Source: Octopus vulgaris
Lineage: Eukaryota
Assembly (NCBI GenBank): GCA_951406725.2
Contig: OX597818.1
Span: 45,446,001 to 45,510,000, forward strand
Length of the DNA: 64,000 nucleotides
Direction: 5' to 3'
Shown: positions 39,834 through 54,687 of the stretch, piece after piece
Numbering within the stretch: position 1 is the first letter of the stretch
How the letters are laid out: each line of letters starts with the position of its first letter
The notes under the pieces: generated by a model
What the model saw: the letters and a program-made list of their open reading frames with translations, nothing else
Database searches by the model: none
What the model was told of the DNA's origin: nothing
Program-made: the position numbers and the translations under genes

Positions 39834-39869
<36 letters not shown>

Positions 39870-39871
39870 TA

Positions 39872-39932
<61 letters not shown>

Positions 39933-39953
39933 GTATATGTATATGTATATATG

Positions 39954-39997
<44 letters not shown>

Positions 39998-40023
39998 CGT
40001 ATATATATATATGTATGTATGTA

Positions 40024-40065
<42 letters not shown>
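39775..40065. repeat. Compound (TACA)n/(TA)n/(TG)n microsatellite
   Basis: Directly visible. Confidence 0.97.
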
Positions 40066-40066
<1 letters not shown>

Positions 40067-41386
40067 AATTTATTCGAGTGAGTATATTCACCACACTACT
40101 GAAAGAGTAACTTTTTCTTGAGATTTTAAAGCTAGCTTGTTTAGAAAATTTTTTAAAAATAAACGATGGCCAACTATGACAACATTAATTTAATGCTCTA
40201 TTCATAACCATGCTTGCTTTTTCAGTTATGAGATCTTCATTAGTGCAGCCTCTCTTTATACGGTGAGTTATTATGTGTGTGTTTGCATGCGCGTGTGTGT
40301 GTGTGCGTGTGTATACACACACATATATATACATACATACACACACATATGCATAAGCACAGCATGTTTGTATGTATCAGTAGTATTCATTTGAGGATAG
40401 AAAGCAGATAATTATATTCAGTTGAAAGTATGTAATGTTTGTGCTCCGTTTGAAATAATGGCGTTTATATTTCAAAACTTGTTTGTAGTTACAGAAATAC
40501 AAATCTCCAAGCGAGAACAGAGGTGGACAAAGACTAAGAGAAAACCATAATATACTTATAAGCATGCGAAAGGTTTAACAGTAACAGTATTGTCACACTT
40601 CGACTATAATAACTTACAAAGTTTCGAAGTAAATTACACTATCGTATAAACTACTACACACCACAACCAGTTCTTTCGCGAAACTCTAACATTTACTAGA
40701 AAAAGAAGTAAACCCACCAAACAAGGGCAGTAACAACGAAGGAATACACTAACGAAAGAGCGAAAGTACACCTAACATAAGCAGTGAATATCCCATCTTC
40801 AGCAGATGTATCAGTTATCCTTATCGTTTCAACATCAAAAAGCGCAAGACCTCTCCACACGAAAGTGTCAACAGTGTTAACAAACGTAAATGTCACTTAA
40901 TAATACAACCTCAGAACTTCTACGTGTAATAAAACTGATACTAAACTTAAAAGCCTATGAAACGAAAATAATAAACCGAAAAATATAAAACAAATAAAAT
41001 ATGTACACAGTATCTCGATGAAAAACGCACACCGCAAATAAAATTAGAGTTCCGAATGTCATTCTGTACTTACACAAGGCTGGCCATGTAAATACATTGT
41101 AGAATTCGGCATAGTTTACTTTATCTTTTGCTACTCTTATTTATTTTCCTTTTCTTTGTTAAATTATATAATTCGAAATGTTAGATTCTCTTCTTTCATT
41201 CATGGATTATTTTCAAGATAAGACGTCTTCTAGTTTGGTTGTTTTGGCTCATATAGCTACGCTTCTTCTGCCACGTATTTAGTTTGTTTGACATCATGGG
41301 TTAACAATTTGTTTGTATCCCCCTTGCCTCTTCATCTCACTCGTTCTATTTGTGTGATAGACATATGTCTGTGTGTATATATATAT

Positions 41387-41539
41387 AGGCCTCGGAGTGG
41401 CTGTGTAGTAAGTAGCTTGCTTACGAACAACATGGTTCCAGGTTCAGTGGCACCTTGGGCAAGTGTCTTCTTCTATAGCCTCGGGTCGACCAAAGCTGTG
41501 TGAGTGGATTTGGTAGACGGAAACTGAAAGAAGCCCGTC

Positions 41540-41540
<1 letters not shown>
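41387..41540 (+). mobile_element. SINE A, 5' half
   Basis: Head and CORE region, ending in (TA)n. Confidence 0.85.
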
Positions 41541-41593
<53 letters not shown>

Positions 41594-41697
41594 TCCAAAC
41601 ATGAAAACACAAAGAGAAAATACAACAACGCGAGGACGCGGAAGAAGTATAGTATTATTGGACTCTCAGGAAAGAAGGAAAGAATGAAAGAAGGGGG

Positions 41698-41732
41698 GTT
41701 TAACGTTTCGAGCGGAGCTCTTCGTCAGAAAC
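41698..41732 (-). ncRNA. Ultra-minimal (35-nt) type I hammerhead motif
   Basis: GTTT-CTGACGA-aGAGC tcc GCTC-GAAAC-GTT-AAAC; stem III reduced to the palindrome ACGT, stem I GTTT/AAAC. Lies in a ~220-bp element between (TA)n tracts. Confidence 0.72.
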
Positions 41733-41824
41733 ATAGGAAAAGGAAAGATCCAAAGAAAGGAAGACGGAGGGAAAAAAATCGCCAACGGTACACACGCAGT
41801 CACATTTTGAATGTATATATATAC

Positions 41825-41880
<56 letters not shown>

Positions 41881-41898
41881 ATACATATGCATTTGTAA

Positions 41899-41941
<43 letters not shown>

Positions 41942-42419
41942 TATTATAAGTATATTCATTATCAGTGACAAGCGTAGAAAGCCAGTTAAGTGCGATATTT
42001 GTTTCGAGAATGCATCTTGTATAGAGGTATAATTCAAACAAGCACAGAACTAAACCAGTAGCAGACGAAAAGCAACTAGCAGCGGAGGTAAAATCATTAA
42101 ATCCTTGAGCGTCATCATCAGTAAGTATCCACTAGCAACTGAATGTTGACACAATTTTAGCCGCTACTAATGTACAGAAAAACAGTGATTAACAAATCTC
42201 TTGTATCACGTATACTTGACAAGCTGGTTGAAATATGTTATTAGCGATATTAGTTCAGTGATAGTCCAAAATAGCATTCTGTATAGCTTACTTAACGTGG
42301 GTACGCTGAAGAAGGCATTCGGCACGAATGTGTTCGAGCATGCTAATTAAAACTTGATACAAAGGTATTTCAATTAATTTGAGGTCCCATGCTGCTTCAA
42401 GGGACCTCAAATATATATA

Positions 42420-42824
42420 TTCTTTTATTCTTTTAGTTGTCTCAGTCATTTCACTGCAGCCATACTGGAGCACTGCCTTTAGTCGAACAAATCGACCCCA
42501 GGACTTATTCTTTGCAAGCCTAATACTTATTCTATCGTTCTCTTTTGCCGAAGTTACGGGGACATAAATACACCAACATCGGTTGTCAAGCGATTGTAGG
42601 GGGACAAACACAGACACACAAACATATATATATATATATATATATATATGCGATGGGCTTCTTTCAGCGTCCGTCTACCAAGCCCACTCACAAGGCTGTA
42701 GTAGGATTGAACCCAGTACTATGTGGTTGGTAAGTAAGTTAATTACCATACAGTCACTCCAGCAACTATATATATATATATATCCATGCCCGACGCATGC
42801 ATACATGCATGCATGTATACATAC

Positions 42825-42877
<53 letters not shown>

Positions 42878-43126
42878 CACCGTGATCACCGTGACCGACC
42901 AGGCTATCGCATTGTTTTAGCCTTCAAATGACGCCACCCCGCTGGCTAAGCGAGCAGGCCAACAGAAGAAAGAGTGAGAGAAAGTTGTGGCGAAAGAATT
43001 CAGCAGGGATCGCCCCCCCCCCCTGCCGGAGCCTCGTGGAGCTTTGGGTGTTTTCGTTCAATAAACACTCACAACGTCCGGTCTGAGAATCGAAACCGCG
43101 ATCCTAACCACTAAGCCATTGCGCTT

Positions 43127-43130
<4 letters not shown>
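42420..43130 (-). mobile_element. SINE A (42420-42760) and SINE C tail iii (42878-43130)
   Basis: Matches the family sequences seen elsewhere in the window. Confidence 0.85.
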
Positions 43131-43179
<49 letters not shown>

Positions 43180-43692
43180 TATATTAAATTAGAGATAAAA
43201 CCACTATTAGGCAAATCATACAATGAAAAACTTAAGCCAATACATAAGATTAATTAATTTATATTATTTTAAATATATATCAAAATTATTAAAAAAAGAT
43301 AATTATATATATAAGTTCCTACAGCAACATATGTGTTCGTATGTATGTATGTATGTATGTATGTATGTATGTATGTATGTATGTATGTATGTATGTATGT
43401 ATGTATGTATGTATGCATGTATGTATGTATAGCATACCTGTATATGACGCCTGTGTGTATTTAATGTTTCGGTTGAAGACAGAAATCGCACGTAAATTCA
43501 ATCTTGAACTGAACTGAAAATTAGGAATCTGTGTTATTCAGCTCAGATTAAATTTGCAAGCGATGAGAATGTCTCGCAGACAACTACTGTCATAAACGAG
43601 TAATTCTTCAGATAAGATAGAACCAAACTTTCACTAATTAGTGTGAGAGTGTTTGTTTATGAGAGCGTATCTATGTAATATATATATATATA

Positions 43693-43890
43693 TTACTCTT
43701 TTACTTGTTTTAGTCATTTGACTGGCGCCATGCTGCAGCACCGCCTTTCGTCGAGCAAATCGACCCCCAGACTTATTCCTTTTGTAAGCCCAGTACATAT
43801 TCTATCGGTCTCTTTTGCCGAACCGCTAAGTGACGGGGACGTAAGCACACCAGCATCGCTAGGGGGACAAACACAGACACACAAACATAT

Positions 43891-43961
<71 letters not shown>

Positions 43962-44375
43962 TACGACAGGCTTCTTTCAGTTTCTGTCTACCAAATCCAC
44001 TCACAAGGCATTAGTCGGCCCGAGGCTATAGCAGAAGACACTTACCCAAGTTGGACCGAAACCGGAACCATGTGGTTGGTAAGCAAGCTACTTACCACAC
44101 AACCACTCCTGCGCCTCATGCAAGAATACGTGTGTATATATATATTTCTTTACTACCCACAAGGGGCTAAACACAGAGGGGACAAACAAGGACAGGCAAA
44201 GAGATTAAGTCGATCACATCGGCCCCAGTGCGTAACTGGTACTTAATTCATCGACCCCGAAAGGATGAAAGGCAAAGTCGATCTCGGCGGAATTTGAACT
44301 CGGAACGTAACGACAGACGAAATACGGCTACGCATTTCGCCCGGCGTGCTAACGTTTTTGCTAGCTCGCCGCCTT
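43693..44375 (-). mobile_element. SINE A (43693-44116) and SINE B (44142-44375)
   Basis: Family matches; B has TSD CGTGTG(T/C)ATATA. Confidence 0.9.
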
Positions 44376-44688
44376 CCGTGTGCATATATACTTAGTTGTG
44401 TGGGTGTACGTATGCTCCATGAAATGCAAAAGCATTAAAATATTGCAATAAATTTTAATCGATTTAACTGGAGAGTATGTTGGTCAAAAAAAAATACATA
44501 AACTGAACTGCAAAAAAAAAAAGTGAGGAAAAATATTTTGACATCAAATCTGTCATAATACTCTTTATGAAAATCTGACGCCAGAAGATATAAGAATTAT
44601 ATGAAATCAATAATTCTTTCATAGAAGATTACTCTCACACGTACAGACACACAGACACGCACACATACACATACACATACACACACAT

Positions 44689-44746
<58 letters not shown>

Positions 44747-44831
44747 GCACGCATCACAGTCACATGCAGGATAGTCACATGCACGCACGACATTCTCACG
44801 CACACATTGAAACACATGCGCCTAGACACAC

Positions 44832-44880
<49 letters not shown>

Positions 44881-45299
44881 TATATATACATATATATATA
44901 TATACATATACATATATATATATACATACATATAATATATACATACATACGTACATACGTACATATATATATATATATATATGCCAAGCTCATCTTAATA
45001 ATACTTATACCAATATAATTTCTGTTGAACTATGATACAAAACATTTATTCTGAGAAAACGTATCTTTATATTTTTATTTTCATACATATATATAAACAC
45101 ATGAAATAAAATTATTCTCCTCTTGTTTCAATTACACAATATATATTTCAAAGAAAATTTTGACACACTTTTAACTTTTTCTCAATATTTTTCCAACAGT
45201 CGGCGAGAGGTGTCTGAGGACACTTAATTATTCGTATATTACCCTCTTCAAACCAACTTCTTTATTTCTTTCAGATCCCCGCAGATAAAATTCTAAGAC

Positions 45300-46435
45300 A
45301 TAAAAAACGGAAAAACATGCATCCATTGTTGCTATATGTGAGGAACACGGGGATTTAGAACTTGTCAACCTTCCGAAATGTGGCAAGATCTTTTGTACAC
45401 AAATTTCGGGTGGAATTAGGAGCCTCTGGCAGGAATGTTCCAATACAATCAAAACAGGAAACATTTCTAAACGTTGTAACACTACAAAGCGACCGACATT
45501 TATTCAAAGTATTCAAAACATTGTCGATGATGATCCCGGAAAATCAATAAGGACCATCACCAAAGAACTTCAGGTATCGGAGTGGACTATCAGAATTCTT
45601 GTGCACAAGGACATTCGATAACAGTCATATGTACTGAAGAGAGGTCGTTTCATGTCTGCAAGGATATTGGAAAACCATTTGATCCATAGCAAACAGTTAC
45701 TTAACAAGGTTCAAAACTCCTCACGCACATGGCATGCTCTCGTTCTTCTTTGTTGAGAAAAACTTTGACCAAAACTAAAAGTCTAAGAGGAGAAATTACA
45801 GATGGCTATATATATAGATCCTTCTGATGCCTTCGGAGTGATGCACACTAAGTTCCCAGCAACCATGGTGGTCTTAAAAGTGGTGGTTAACGAAAGTCAT
45901 GTCATTCTACCTCTCAGCTTACCACATGATCTTAGAATTAATGTTACTGGATACGTTGAGGTGTTATCGACAGTTGCTAAGCACCTTCTGACAAAGTTCA
46001 CGTTACCCAAGAATGGATATCAATCTTTACAATCATGTAACACCAAACTTGTGACCTCCAATCTCTACTTCCTTTCCGTTTAGAGCGTTCTTGAAAGGGA
46101 GATTAATCCGATATGTTCCCAATACCTATTTCTTTATTACCCACAAGGGGCTAAACACAGAAGGGACAAACAAGGACAGACATAGGTATTAAGTCGATTA
46201 CATCGACCCCAGTGCGTAACTGGTACTTAATTTATCGACCCCGAAAGGATGAAAGGCAAAGTCGACCTCGGCGGAATTTGAACTCACAACGTACGGGCAG
46301 ACGAAATACCGCTAAGCATTTCGCCCGGCGTGCTAACGTTTCTGCCAGCTCGCCGCCTTGCCAGCTCTCTGCCCAATACTAATTCTGAAGGTCGCCATTG
46401 ACCAGGTGATGTCCAAAACGAAGAAGGACCATTTA
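45300..46435 (+). pseudogene. Tc1/mariner-superfamily (maT/DD37D-like) transposase relic with SINE B insertion at 46127-46359
   Basis: Broken frames give VARSFVHKFRVEL, IVDDDPGKS..ITKELQVSEWTIR.LVHKDIR, FF.EKNFDQ, VMHTKFPATMVVL. Confidence 0.82.
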
Positions 46436-46614
46436 GCGCAGCATGTCAACCACGGACTTCCACGCAGTTTCCGCCAACCAAATTTTACTCACAAGGTCGC
46501 CTCGGGGCTGTAGTAGAAGAAACACTTGCCCAAGGTACCGCACAGTAATAGTGAACGGAGGTTGCGAATAGAATTTCTTCAGTGCACAACCATGCCTAGT
46601 TTGTTCCTTTCTTT

Positions 46615-46882
46615 TCAAGCCATGCCTGGCTCATAGGGCCGGTTTCCGGTTTCCGTGGCATATAGGCTCCCCACCTGGACGGGACGCCGGTCTGTCGTAG
46701 GAGTGAGAGAAAGTTGTGGCGAAAGAGTACAGCAGGGATCGCCACCACCACCCCGTCGGAGCCTCGTGGAGCTTTAGATGTTTTTGCTCAATAAACACTC
46801 ACAACGCCCGGTCTGGGAATCGAAACCGCGATCCTACAATCGCGAGTCCGCTACCCTAACCACTGGGCCATTGCGCCTCCAC
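46615..46882 (-). mobile_element. SINE C, tail ii, with TSD
   Basis: CAACCATGCCTAGT duplicated near 46587 and 46882. Confidence 0.88.
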
Positions 46883-47816
46883 AACCATGCCTAGTGGTTT
46901 ACTTGCAGAAAGAAGAGCAGCATTCATGGCTCTTTTCAGAGTTTCTGTAACAGGGGAGAGAAGGAGAGAAAATAAATCTGAGTGGAGGCTTCATCCGAAT
47001 ACTTGTAACAGAATGAACTATACTAAAGACACCTAAGCCAATGTATCTATATAAACATTGTATACACATTTAGATGATATATTATAAAAGCATTTAAATT
47101 CTTATCTTATACACGTATGTAAGTACATTCTTAAATATACGTATGCGTTGATATATGTGTATGCATTATGTATGTATATTTAAACGTTGCGTATATATGC
47201 GTTTGTGTTTGTGAATGTATAAATACATCTACGTACGTATGTTTGTGTGTATACATATTTTGCTACTTAATAATAAACTTATTTATGTTTTATTTATTTT
47301 ATTTTGTCTCTGTTTCTTTGTTTGCTTTTCCTGAAGATAAAAAGATTAAATCAACCATTCTATTACTAGGCTGGCTTTAAAAGGTTAAAACAACCGATTC
47401 TACGATGAGACTGTTTATAAGAGCAAGAGAAATTAAATCCTACGAGAATAAGAAATATAAATAGCCATACTGTTAAAGTCAAAATTTAATAGCTTCTAAT
47501 GAAGTCTATTTTGCTTTTTATTGATTATAGAATAACACGTGGAGGGTGTATTCTGGCGAGAAACAGTAAAGAAATTAATGCGCCTAGATGATCACGTTAT
47601 TTGTTTATGCCTATGTTGAAAAGTAACCGCCTGTCACCCATAAATTCTGTTCGGGCTGTGAGCTTTCGTGTAGATGAAATATGCTCAAAAAGTAAATTAA
47701 ACATTTGATGGCAAATATGTTAAGAAATAGGAGTACGCCATTGAAGAATGAACATTTCTCCGCCACATTCAATGCTATCAGGTTTTAGCAAAGAAATGCA
47801 ACACAAATAATTTATT

Positions 47817-48226
47817 GGATCTTTTCGGTTTGAACGGCAGTTTTTTCTAGCGGTGTCATATGAAATTGTCACCCATAATTATGACCCTAGTATCGATCTG
47901 TTGCATTTCGATCTGTTTTAGGGTTAGTGTTAGGAGGGATATCTTTTTTTTTCTTCACAGATGTAAATAAACCCAATCTGTTTCTTAAACGAGGGACATA
48001 TTCATACGGCATAGAATGTTTTCACTTCAATAGACGGTCATTGATTGGTTGAAATTGCCGAAATGCAAGAAATTAAAGACCAAATATCTTACAAACTATG
48101 GAATTTTCTTAATAAAGCCAAGAGAAAAAGATGATTTATAAACACATTCTACCAGTATACGAAGTTTAAAATTTTTTAGTTACCTAGAAATTATGTTAAA
48201 AACTGTCGTTCAAACCGAAAAGATCC
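47817..48226. mobile_element. MITE, ~28-bp TIRs, 8-bp TSD (Merlin-like geometry)
   Basis: GGATCTTTTCGGTTTGAACGGCAGTTTT / AAAACTGTCGTTCAAACCGAAAAGATCC; TSD AATTTATT. Confidence 0.92.
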
Positions 48227-48323
48227 AATTTATTTGGTCATTTCATTTTATTTGCAGTAATAACGTAAGTGTACTTTGATTAAAGCATTAGTTACAATAA
48301 ATTTGAGAAACTTTTGCCACAAA

Positions 48324-48789
48324 TCAATATCTATAAAGCTGAAATGCGAAAAAGTTGTTTCATTTCTTGGTTGTCTCATTTTGGGATGGGAACGGTTTAA
48401 GGGGCGGTAGATGGGGTCGGATTGGCGCCAAAATATACACTGGGGTGGGGAGTAAAATGGAGTGGGAAATGGTACGAGGAGGGTTGCAAGTCACTTGGGG
48501 CTACCGTTTGGTTACCATGGTGAGGAATATGGGAAAAATTGAGTTTTATGGGATAGGCAGGTTGCGCTGTTTGAATAATGGTGGCTTTTCGTGTTGTTGC
48601 AGGGGCTAGAGGCGTTTATCTTTAATTGTGGGTGTAAAAGTTTGGGGGATTTGGGAAAGGGGGTAAAGAAGAGGGCAATAAAAAGAACCAGGTAAAGAAG
48701 ACAACAAAAGAAGAAAGGGAAAAGGAGACAACACGCTCAAAACAACACCACTACCAAAACCCGAGTGAAGCACGGGTCAAAATAGCTAG
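48324..48789 (+). mobile_element. Non-autonomous Helitron
   Basis: 5' TC, subterminal hairpin ACCCGAG-TGAAG-CACGGGT, 3' CTAG, inserted between A and T; second copy at 61425-61889. Confidence 0.85.
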
Positions 48790-48983
48790 TTCTATTATAT
48801 TTTAGATTGTCTCTTGCGTGATTTAGCTAAGTGTGACATCTTTCATAACGAGACTTTTGTCTCTAGTAGTGACTATCTGTAATAGTATTTTCTGTAAATG
48901 AAATCCAGCTCTACATAAACAATTAACTGATGACTTTTCAATAGTTATTATTTGTAGTGATGTATTATAAATCCTCGTTTATT

Positions 48984-49290
48984 CGAGACCGCTTTCGGTC
49001 ATGAATGGCCATAGGATTGTACCTACAAAGTTACCCACCGAGGCACAAGTCCGGGCAAGGTTGTTTATGGAAGACCAGCAGTTGCCCATGCATACCAGTC
49101 TCCTCTCTCCACACCACCGATGTTTTCCAAGGGCCAATACAGCTTGGCACCAGTGACGTCGCAACTCATTTCTACAGCTGAGTGAACTGGAGCAAGGTGA
49201 AATAAAGTATCTTGCTCAAGTCCGGGAATCGAACTCACAACTTCACGATCGTAAACTCAACGCTCTAACCACTGAGCCATGTACCTTCAC
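48984..49290 (-). mobile_element. CORE-like SINE with a further distinct tail
   Basis: Head TGGCTCAGTGGTTAGAGCG..GAGTTCGATTCCC, CORE-like CCAGTTCACTCAGCTG; TSD TAAATCCTCGTTTAT on both sides. Confidence 0.82.
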
Positions 49291-51096
49291 TAAATCCTCG
49301 TTTATAACTAGGAGGATTAGAACTTTGAGATTTAAATTTATTTGCATAAAGTTCAATGATCGGTCGGTACAAGAATGCGAACTGTTGAAATGTTGATCTC
49401 GATCAGAGATCATTATCTTAACAATTCGATCACTGTGATGCTTTTATCGACCTAGAAAGGATGAAAGGCAAAGTCAATCTCTGGTAAAAATCAGAACGTA
49501 ATGAGGTGCTTGCAATTCAACCAGCTAGCTGCCTTGATTTCACTAGTAATAATAAAAAGAAGTAAAATAGAACTCGTATTTTTATTGGCAAAATCGTCCC
49601 CTAACCGAAACTCAGAAACACATATAATCTTTATATTTTCTCTCAACAAAAAAGGCGGCGAGCTGGCAGAATTGTTAGCACGCAGGACGAAATGTTTATC
49701 GTTATTTCGTTTGACGCTACGTTCCGGGTTCATATCCCGCCGAAGTTGACCCTACCTTACATCCTTTCGGAGGTCTATAAGTTAAGCACCAGTTGCGTAC
49801 TGGAGTGGATCTAATTGACTGGCCCTCTTCCTCAAAATTTCTGGCCTTGTGCCTATAGTAGAAAGGATATTTTCTCTCAAAAGGAAACAAAAATACATCA
49901 AGTATTGTACGCTTTCATTTCATTTTACTTTACGCAGAGTCGCACTTGATTCAGTGTGAATCTTTAACCTTTTTTTATAATTCAAGTTATTCATTGATTT
50001 ATTGAAGCGCAGATCAGAAGTACTTGTATATATTAGTCTCTATATGAGGTTTCAAATTTCGAAATACAAACACTGAAGATGGCGTTGCTTGCACTTTGAA
50101 AATTACTCTCCAAACAAATTGAGTTATGGTAATAATTAATTTCTCAATTCCCATTTGTTATCTTTTTCTGTTTATACAAAATAATACTCAGATTCATATC
50201 CTTCTTCACAAAATATTTCGTGCGTAGTTATTGAAAGGAAATTACGGTCTTTAAGCAAATATTTCTATTATATAACTAGTCAACGTAGTGCATCTCAGTA
50301 GAGGCTACACACCCACGCACACTCTTGTAGATAAGGAGATTACACACACAAACACACAAACACATACTCACAAACACACACACACACATGCTCACACACA
50401 CACACACACACACACAAATACGCGTACGCACACATACTATGTTTTTTGTAGATACAGAGATTGCACACACAAACACACACATACGCACACATACACACAT
50501 ACTATGATTCTAAAAGCTACAGAAGTTGCGCAAGCACGCATGTACGCACACACACACACACACACACACACATACATACATACATACATAAATACATACA
50601 TACATACGTACATACATACATACATACATACATACATACATACATACATACATACATACATACATACATACATACATACATAGACACAAATACACACACG
50701 ATGCTTGTAGAAGATGCAGAGGTTTCATGCGCGTGCGCATGATGCTTCGTTTTGGAAGATCCGGAAATTTAAAACATTGCCCATGAAAACAAACGAGTGA
50801 AACGATGAAGTCACTACGTGATCTTGCAATTTGCTAGAAATAGCATTCAAATCTCCCTCAAAAAACAAGGATACGCTGGAAAATGTCGGTTGGTTACAAC
50901 TAGAACGTCTATGATCTGTTTCTTTACTACGCACAAGGGGCTAAACATTGAGGGGACAAACAAGGACAGACACGCGGATTAAGTCGATTACATCGACCCC
51001 TGTGCGTAACTGGTACTTAATTTATCGACCCCTCCAGCATAACTGCAACAACTGACTGAGACAAATAAAAGAATTTTAAAATGTGTGTGTGCGTGT

Positions 51097-51190
<94 letters not shown>

Positions 51191-51199
51191 GCAAAACTT

Positions 51200-51728
51200 A
51201 GGTTAGTTGAAATATGTTTGTAACATCTTTCAATTACTAAAAGGCAAATACATTGTAGTTACAGTGAAGAAAATATCTCTCTTATGGTAAAAAAAAAAAA
51301 ATGGAGTGAAAACACTCGGATTATTCAGTGTGGACATCTATCAGGAATCCCTATCACTGTTGTTTTGAGTTTATTCTCTCTTGTCAGCGCTGGTAGATCG
51401 CTCGACCGAGGAAAATAACGAAATATCAGTGCCAAACAGTATTTAGGCATAAGCAAAATTTAGGCCAGTTAAAATACGTTCGTGATATATTTCGATTGCT
51501 AAAAGGCAAATATACTGCACTTACCGTGGAGAAATCTCTCCCTTATGGTAAAAATGGTATGAAAACACTCGGTTTATTCAGTGTCGCCATCTATCAGGAA
51601 TTCCAGACATCGATGTTTCGAGTTGATTGACTTTTGTCAATAAGTACATCCCATTGACAAGTAAGTGTCAATAAACTCGAAACATCGATTTCTGGGATTC
51701 CTGATAGATGGCGACACTTAACAAACCG

Positions 51729-51730
<2 letters not shown>
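51200..51730. mobile_element. Foldback/MITE-like structure with duplicated left flank
   Basis: ~51570-51632 and ~51667-51728 are inverted; ~51200-51350 is repeated at ~51452-51603. Confidence 0.65.
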
Positions 51731-51784
<54 letters not shown>

Positions 51785-51961
51785 TAAAGAAACATGGAGG
51801 AGGAAAATATCGATATCCCCACGTGGTGAGTTGTAATGCAAAAGTCATTATATAAAATAAATTAAGGAAAATGCGCAGAGTTTACATAGTTTTAATATAT
51901 TAAAAATATATTGAAAAATATATTAAAACTCTGTAAACTGTGTGCATTTTCCTTCTTTTAT

Positions 51962-52001
<40 letters not shown>

Positions 52002-52033
52002 TACATACATACATACATACATACATACATACA

Positions 52034-52104
<71 letters not shown>

Positions 52105-52119
52105 CGCCTCCACTATATA

Positions 52120-52396
52120 TATAGCCCAGTGGTTAGGGCAGCGGACTCGCGGTCGTAGGATCGCGGTTTCGTTTCCCAGACCGGGCGATGTGAGTGTTTA
52201 TTGAGCAAAAACACCTAAAGCTCCCCGAGACTCCGGCAGGGGGTGGTGACGGTCCCTGCTGTACTCTTTCGCCACAACTTTCTCTCACTCCTTCTGTTGG
52301 CCTGCTCGCTTAGCCATTGAAAAGCTAAAACAATGCGAAGCGCATTGTGACCAGCGATGTGTAGCAACATCTGATACCCTGGTCAGTCACGGTGAT
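52120..52396 (+). mobile_element. SINE C, tail iii, with inverted 5' tip
   Basis: ATTGCGCCTCCAC at 52101-52113 is the reverse complement of the missing first 13 nt of the head. Confidence 0.85.
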
Positions 52397-54096
52397 ATAT
52401 ATATATATACTTTCGGTAGCTCATTACTGCGGTATTTGTTCTGATATTTATTGTGCTTTTAAATACAGCATGTCCATAAGAGATGTTATCTCATGACAAA
52501 TACCACACAGTAACTACCCTATCGATTGTGTTTATACATTAGATATGCTGTGCAGATGACTATTTTAAATTAATACTGCATCTTTTATGTATACCGGATT
52601 AATATTTTAATAAGCCCATGCAATTTCAACAAGTCTCAGCATCAATTTCAATGCAATAATTAACATGGAAATTTGTAATTCGTCTTGCTGCTAATGTTAT
52701 CGTTATGATTAATTAATATCAAAAATATAACCTCATAAAATTTCACTCATTATTTGAAATGTATCAAGAGTTTCTTCTTTTAGACACCTTACAAATCTTT
52801 CATTCAATTACCATAAAGTACCATAATAACAGCATCCAGAATAACAGAAATCCCAAGCTAACAGTTTCTTTCAAAAATATCGTTCAGTAAAAGAAAAGAA
52901 AAACCGGTAACACGCTAGTTTGTTTACGTCCGCTTCCGTCATATTATTTTTACGTATTATATTCTTTCCAAATTGCTTACTGCGCTTTTAGCAGTTAATA
53001 AGGAGTGAATCATTATGCCATACTTCTGTTTCTTATTTCCTGTACTCCCTTTATTCATGAATTAATTAACTGCATTTTTAATAAAATAACAAAATCTTCC
53101 TAGACAACGAAAAATTCACAATAACGACATCTCAAATCCCTCAGGTTGACGTTATTGGAAAGATGACTGTGTTGTTATTTTCAATAAATCCAGCAGTAAT
53201 ATTCCTTGCTTGTCAGCTTTCGCAAACACTTTTTCCCCACTTTACTGAGCATCAGATATTCTCTAGAAAGTGTGGGCGGACATATGTCCGCCTACATACA
53301 CTCGAAAGCCGATCAATGAAAATTAACTGCATGTGTCATTACCACGTGATACAAGCATATGAATTAATTAATCTTTAATTTCACAGTGTGTTATGGATGT
53401 TGCCTTTTCACCTGGGCATTAAAAATTTGTCTCGACCACGGATAATCCTAAGGAAAATTCCAGCCAGTTATTATTTGAGATTCATTTTTGAATCACTGTT
53501 TCTTCACGTTATTTTCTAGAATAATATATTTGTGTTTTTACTTCATTTATATTATCATTGTTTCTTCAGATTATTTCCAAGAATAATATATTTATATAAT
53601 ACGTTATGTTCTTGCTTAATTATTTTTATTTTTAAGCATAGATTTATTTAACTGTAAAGAAACAGTAAAATAATAAAATAGCCTCTAATACTTTTGACCT
53701 TTAAAATGATTGTTTTAATCAGAAAGAAAATATTAAAATACCTACTTTAAAAAATAGACTATACAATTAAATCTGTATAACTTATTGTTAAAGTTTTTAC
53801 ATTCATATAAACAGTCGGAGAATACAGACTGAGATCTCCTGTGGCTTTTCGAAGACTTACGGTAAGATTTCGAATGCAAGTACAAATACATCCTAAGCTG
53901 TGAAAAGTTTTTAAGAGTCAACCTCACTCCAGTCTTATCATGTTGAGCGGACGAGAAATATAATTCATAAATCTCGCATTAGACTATAATCACCGGGTAC
54001 CTCTCTGATAATTTTCATAGATAAACCGGTATCTGCTACACATTCACACACACATACACACACACACACACATATACGCGCGCACGCACAAACACA

Positions 54097-54142
<46 letters not shown>

Positions 54143-54212
54143 TACATATACGTATATATATATATATATTTGTATATGTCTATTCGCATACAGAGATGGG
54201 TGGATATTCTTT

Positions 54213-54580
54213 TACTCTTATATTCATTTGCTGCGGCCATGCTGGAGCACCGCCTTTTAGTCGAGCAAATCGACCCCAGGACTTATTCTATCGGTCTCTA
54301 GTACTTATTCTATCGGGCTCTTTTGCCGAACCGCTAAGTTACGGAGACGTAAACACACCAGCATCGGTTGTCAAGCGATGTTGGAGGGTGGGGAACAAAT
54401 ACAGACTCGCTAACATATACATACATATACATATATGCGACGGGCTTTTTTCAGTTTCCATCTACCAAATCCACTCACAAGGCTTTGGTCCTCCTTGCCC
54501 AAGGTGCCACACAGTGAGACTGAACCCGGAACTATGTGGTTGGTAAACAAGCTACTTACCACACACCCACTCCTGCGCCT
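54213..54580 (-). mobile_element. SINE A
   Basis: Family match. Confidence 0.88.
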
Positions 54581-54595
54581 ATATAAATATATATA

Positions 54596-54687
<92 letters not shown>

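Noticed and set aside
40790-40835. Minus-strand GAAAC..CTGAAGA as a permuted hammerhead
   Set aside because: No convincing stems I or III.
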